The notes beneath the pieces were generated by a model. That model was not told the DNA's origin. It did no database searches and saw only the letters and a program-made list of their open reading frames with translations. DNA of 64,000 bases from Setoptus koraiensis (taxonomy: Eukaryota; Animalia; Arthropoda). The DNA lies in NCBI GenBank assembly GCA_048013815.1, contig CM106585.1, positions 13,578,001-13,642,000 of the forward strand. Reading direction: 5' to 3'. A program made the position numbers and the translations under genes. This document shows, piece by piece, positions 59,655-64,000 of the stretch; the first letter of the stretch is position 1; each line of letters begins with the position of its first letter.

Positions 59655-60090
59655 GCCTAAGCTGCAGACTGAACCGAAGCACAAGCTGCAGTCTGCAGAG
59701 TGAAAGCAGCAGCGTCGTGCTCACGATCCTGCCCACACTCACTCGCTCACACACACACACACACAGCACCGATACAAAGCGAGTCATGGGGAAGACGCTC
59801 TGCAACGAGGCAAATATACAACATACAAACGCATTCATAAAGCATGGTAGCCGGCTATTATTTATTATTATTTATCTCACCAGCACTAGATCCGCTGCTT
59901 CATCAACTAACAACCAGTCGATAATCGATTGACCCCCCTTCCTATATCCGACTATTATTCGACAGACACCTAGCCCATTCTACATGTTACTCGTATCAGG
60001 CGTGTGTACTCAAATTAAATTGTTCCGACCAACCAAACCAACACAGACAGCAACAACAACAACGGCTCTAGTTCCACTACAAACCATAAC

Positions 60091-61068
60091 ATGAGCTACG
60101 GCAGTGGCCAGGCGGCCAACTTCGAAACTGTACAACACGACACCATATTCATATCGGGGCTACCGGAGGATACCACAGAGCAACAATTAACTGAGCACTT
60201 TGCCGCCATAGGTATTATCAAATTTGACAAAAGAAACAACAAATCCAAAATATGGATATACAAAGACAAAACCACGGGACGTGGTAAAGGAGAGGCCACT
60301 ATCACCTACGATGACCCACCCACTGCTGCTTCGGCAATCAAGTGGTTCGATGGTTAGCATCTTTTAATACATTAACTCATTTACACTCTTGCATTCATTC
60401 CAGAGGACCCACACTAATAAGAATCCCATTTTCGTTCTCTTTCTTTCAACACAATTCATTCATCCTACCTTGTGTCTACATCATTAGGCAAAGACTTCCA
60501 CGGACAAAAGATAACTGTAGAGTTTGCACAAAGAAAAAATGCTCCAACCTTTGATCGTAATAGAAGAGGTGGTGGGGGTCCGCGCGGCGGTGGAGGCGAT
60601 AGAGGTGACAGGGGTGATAGAGGAGACAGAGGTGACAGAGGTCACGATAGGTCTGATAGATTCGATCGCGGTGACAGGGGAGATAGGGGTGGAGGGGGCC
60701 GCTCCAGAGACGACAGGGGAGGTGGAACCAGGGGAGCTGGCCGGCCAGGTGATTGGCTTTGTACCGATTGTAGTAATAATAACTTTTCTTATAGGACTGA
60801 ATGTAATCGATGTCAAGCACCAAAACCAGCCGGAGCAGGCTCAGGCGACGATAATATGTCTCGACAATCCTACGGCGGTGGAGGCGGCGGAAACAGATCA
60901 GGATACGGTGGTAATAGGGGTGGCGGAGACAACCGACGAGGAGGAGGAGGCGGCTACAGAGATAGAGATAGGGATAGGGACAGAGATAGAGACAACAATT
61001 CGTACGGAGGTGGGCCCACAAGAGGTCCACCAAGGGGTGGTGGTGATAGGCGTCAGAAGCCGTACTAG
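60091..61068 (+). CDS. caz: FET-family RNA-binding protein (FUS/EWS/TAF15, cabeza-like)
   Basis: Exons 60091-60352 and 60488-61068. [11 protein letters not shown]...[21 protein letters not shown]|GKDF, RGG boxes, RanBP2 zinc finger [23 protein letters not shown]-terminal PY-NLS RRQKPY. An upstream exon is possible. Confidence 0.9.
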
Positions 61069-62118
61069 ATTTTTTTATCGATTCTTTGTGCCGCATTCCA
61101 ACCCTTTAAAGAAGAATATTTTAGCCTCTAACCTCAATGCGATCGTCGATTGCACTACAGCTCACGCATATTTTCGTCATCGATCGAAATGTACAAATGT
61201 ATATACCAGCAGTCCTGTGCCGCCTGATCTTCACTATAACAAAGAATTGTCTTATGAGAAAAAAATAATTATGGGTAGAACTCAAAATCATCAGTTCTAT
61301 ATAACTATATTTATACATGTATATATATATAACATCTATGTACTTACATAGATCTCCTTTTTTTCACGAAGATCTCAACCATTCTGATAAATAGTGCCAC
61401 ATTGTTTTACTTCTACAGTCATTGGTCCCCCATTATAGTTGGTGCTAGGTGCGCGTCATTTTGCGCGTGCTAGCTATGCGGAAAAACACTTCTACTACTA
61501 CATTCATAATAGTCGCTGTTCTGTCTAGTACAAAATGGCGCATTCGGAGCTGTGGTCTGGGTGAACCCCTCAGACAATGCCGCAGCATAGGAAGGATCTA
61601 TGGTGGGGACATATAGGAACGTTTTGGCGCATGCATAGATCGCTCGGTGTCCTCAATTTACCACTAGAAGATGACGAGGTTTGGAATTGACGTTTGAGAA
61701 TCAACCTCAGCCTATGCAGCTCACCATTGCGCTTGGTCCGTTGTAGCTTGTACAACGATATTCGGGTCCCAATACAAATGGGTTAACCAAGAAGATACAG
61801 AGAGATTCAGGGCGCTACGTGTTGTTGTATATACACTTTTTAAATGTTTTTTATTTACCACACCTCTGCACTTTATGCCACGGTATATGCGCTGCATCCT
61901 GCTCAATTATATTTTTCCCAGTTAGACACTTCATCCGCTGGATTCTGGCAAATGAATTGTTTCATCATGAATTCTCTACCATGAAGAATTATCCAGATGA
62001 ATGAAAGAAAATAAATAAACCAATAGAAATTTGCACTGGCGAGATACATACCACTTTTCTGAAGGGTAAAAGTTTCCATAGTTTCCAAAAGAATTCACTC
62101 GAATACAAGCGAAAATAG

Positions 62119-62743
62119 ATGCCCGCCATAATCATGAATAATACCCAAGATACCGAGGTCAAGGTTCAGCTGCAGATTAGCGAGGACCAATGCCCATCAC
62201 AGGGCGTATACTTCAAGGTAGGATAGATTGGAGGCGAGGGTACAATGAATTCTCGAACAATTTATAATCAAATATATAATAACGTCATAATAATGATATC
62301 TTTTTCTTTGTTCTTGTCTTTAAATCCAATTACAGAGAGATGGTCAGAGATTCAGCAATGAATTTACATTGAAAATGACTACTGAATCAAAGTACCGTTG
62401 CACAATCACTATCAAACCTTCAATACCACTTCAATCTGTATCAGTTCAGAGTTCCCTCGTTAATTTGATTGACACGACTAAGCAAAATGGTTCTTGCACC
62501 TATGAGTTCGAATGGTCATCCGAGCAATATTCTGCCAATAAAAACAAAAAAAGAACAAATATACCAATAACGTTGAAATTCCAAGATGGTCTATCTGTAT
62601 CATTGCCAATACAAGTCAAATTCTACAGTCCAGACAATAAACAGCATCTACAATGGGGTACTCAGTTACATTTCATTGACTATAATTGCTCTATAAAACC
62701 AGAGAGGACAAGCATAAATATCGACACAACTCAATGCTATTAG
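62119..62743 (+). CDS. CNRIP1: CB1 cannabinoid receptor-interacting protein 1 homolog
   Basis: Exons 62119-62217 and 62336-62743 (phase 0). VYFK|RDGQRF and QVKFY...HLQWG...IDYNC match the recalled CNRIP1 motifs VFYKVDGQRF and QVKFY...HCQWG...IEYEC. Confidence 0.85.
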
Positions 62744-63306
62744 ATAATCAGAATCATTTGAACCATCATTGCCACGTATTATCATCATCGTCTTAGGTCA
62801 AAAGATCGTCATATTCTCAAAGTAACGATGAGTTAACGATGTGTTCCATTAAAACATAATCGATCTCTTTATAAATCGAAAAGTAATAAGGAAAATTGTA
62901 TTCAAACTATTTACACTAATTTATAATTAACATGTACCAACTTCTCTACGCTCATACTATTATTTGTAATCCCGCCCCCACCCCCTCACCCAATGACTAT
63001 GCAACCCAATGTTAACCGATCTCGTCAACTTGTAAGACAATGTGAGTTAATTTCTTAAATGTATGTATTGTATGATTATGCGAATTGAACAATTCATGAA
63101 GAGCATTAAATACATGAGGCAAATCTTCTAAACCAAAACTGCCAATCAAACTAACGTAGTTTTTCATTCCAGACAGAACCGTTTGCGAGCTATGTGTCTC
63201 GTCTACTAACTAAAATCCCATGTCACAGCATTCGCCTCGTCTCTGTGTGATTAGATTTTTTCTTCGTCTTTTTTTTTCACATTGGCCAGAGCATCAAGAA
63301 ACGAAT

Positions 63307-64000
63307 CTAATCCTCATCGGCTTGTTGTTCTTGGGGTGCGGCTTCCTGTTGTTGCTTCTTCCAGGACCATTCAGGTGTCTGGTCCTTGTTATCCTTTGGT
63401 TCGTTCACCTTGAACTGTTCCTTTTTCACTGATTTCAAAGTCACCGTGAAACCGATTTCTTTTCTGGCATTGAGCAACATTCGCTCAATCTTGGCCTCAT
63501 ATTTGGGTATTCTCTTAAGAGGCGGTTTGACACTATTTTCAGAGTGAATTGTTGATTATCAATCAAGAAGACAACTAATTAACTTTTGCCATGCAACACA
63601 AACGATTTGACTAAAATTAAATAAAAGATCTGCACTTACAATTTGCCTCTCATATCACTGACTTTGGTTGAGAGGTCATGAATCTCAAGATCCTTTCGGC
63701 CTACATGGTATTCAAGATCCCATTTTTCGTCCTCGAGATTGCGAATTCTGTCATGAAATTGCTTGCACACTGATTTTAATTCGCCTGATGAAAAAAAATT
63801 CGAGTTTTAGTTAGTGCATTTCATTCGTTTATTGCGCAAGCGACGCATTAGATTCATTGGAGACACAATTAGATTTACATATTTACTTGACTATTTGAGT
63901 CGAACTAGACTTATATGAAATTGCGACGATACTTACTCTCACTCATTGCATCAAAGTTGTTCTTTTGTCCAGTTCTTTCCGCAATTACCTTTCTTCGTTC
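63307..64000 (-). CDS. TnI: Troponin I (3' part; starts beyond right edge)
   Basis: Exons >64000-63937, 63784-63640, 63532-63307. ERRKVIAERTG, FHDRIRNLEDEKWDLEY...KDLEI, RGKF|VKPPLKRIPKYE (inhibitory region), PEWS. Confidence 0.9.

Noticed and set aside
61793-61820. GATACAGAGAGATT resembles the U6 ACAGAGA box
   Set aside because: Flanks do not match U6 (no AGCATGGCCCC, no 5' stem, no T-run).
61535-61820. GC-richer segment with several local hairpins and an ORF interrupted by TGA codons
   Set aside because: Stems are short and side by side (chance level); no selenoprotein motif or SECIS was recognised; probably promoter/UTR with a YY1-like AAAATGGCG.

Overview
Eukaryotic, gene-dense, intron-poor arthropod DNA. 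The troponin, clip-protease and PAN-ZP gene types, short introns (73-230 nt) and many intronless housekeeping genes suggest a miniaturised mite genome, possibly eriophyoid (inference, not proven). There are 22 recognisable protein-coding genes, in order: XRCC1 (partial), clip serine-protease homolog, VPS36, SLC25A51, GH31 alpha-glucosidase, troponin T, DUF829/TMEM53-like, EMC3, ALG6, CREC EF-hand protein, GPCPD1, large Maf, a giant NompA-like PAN/ZP protein, WDR70, IAP, SNX9/SH3PX1, an active trypsin-like protease, MEMO1, syndecan, a FET/cabeza protein, CNRIP1 and troponin I (partial). There is also a TBC1D8/9 pseudogene fragment, a 619-bp hAT-type MITE with a perfect 8-bp TSD, and several micro/minisatellites. 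No tRNA, rRNA, CRISPR or recognisable snRNA/miRNA was found by eye. The best leads are: (1) a ~360-nt non-coding segment with eight nested helices ending in T7, a candidate unannotated structured RNA; (2) a syndecan that stops 9 residues after its TM-end Tyr, without the EFYA tail; (3) a VPS36 whose GLUE domain survives only as an in-frame, stop-riddled relic; (4) a one-base frame break inside the ZP domain of a 12-PAN protein; (5) a foldback MITE in the EMC3/ALG6 divergent promoter. Family assignments rest on motifs recalled from memory; no searches were run.
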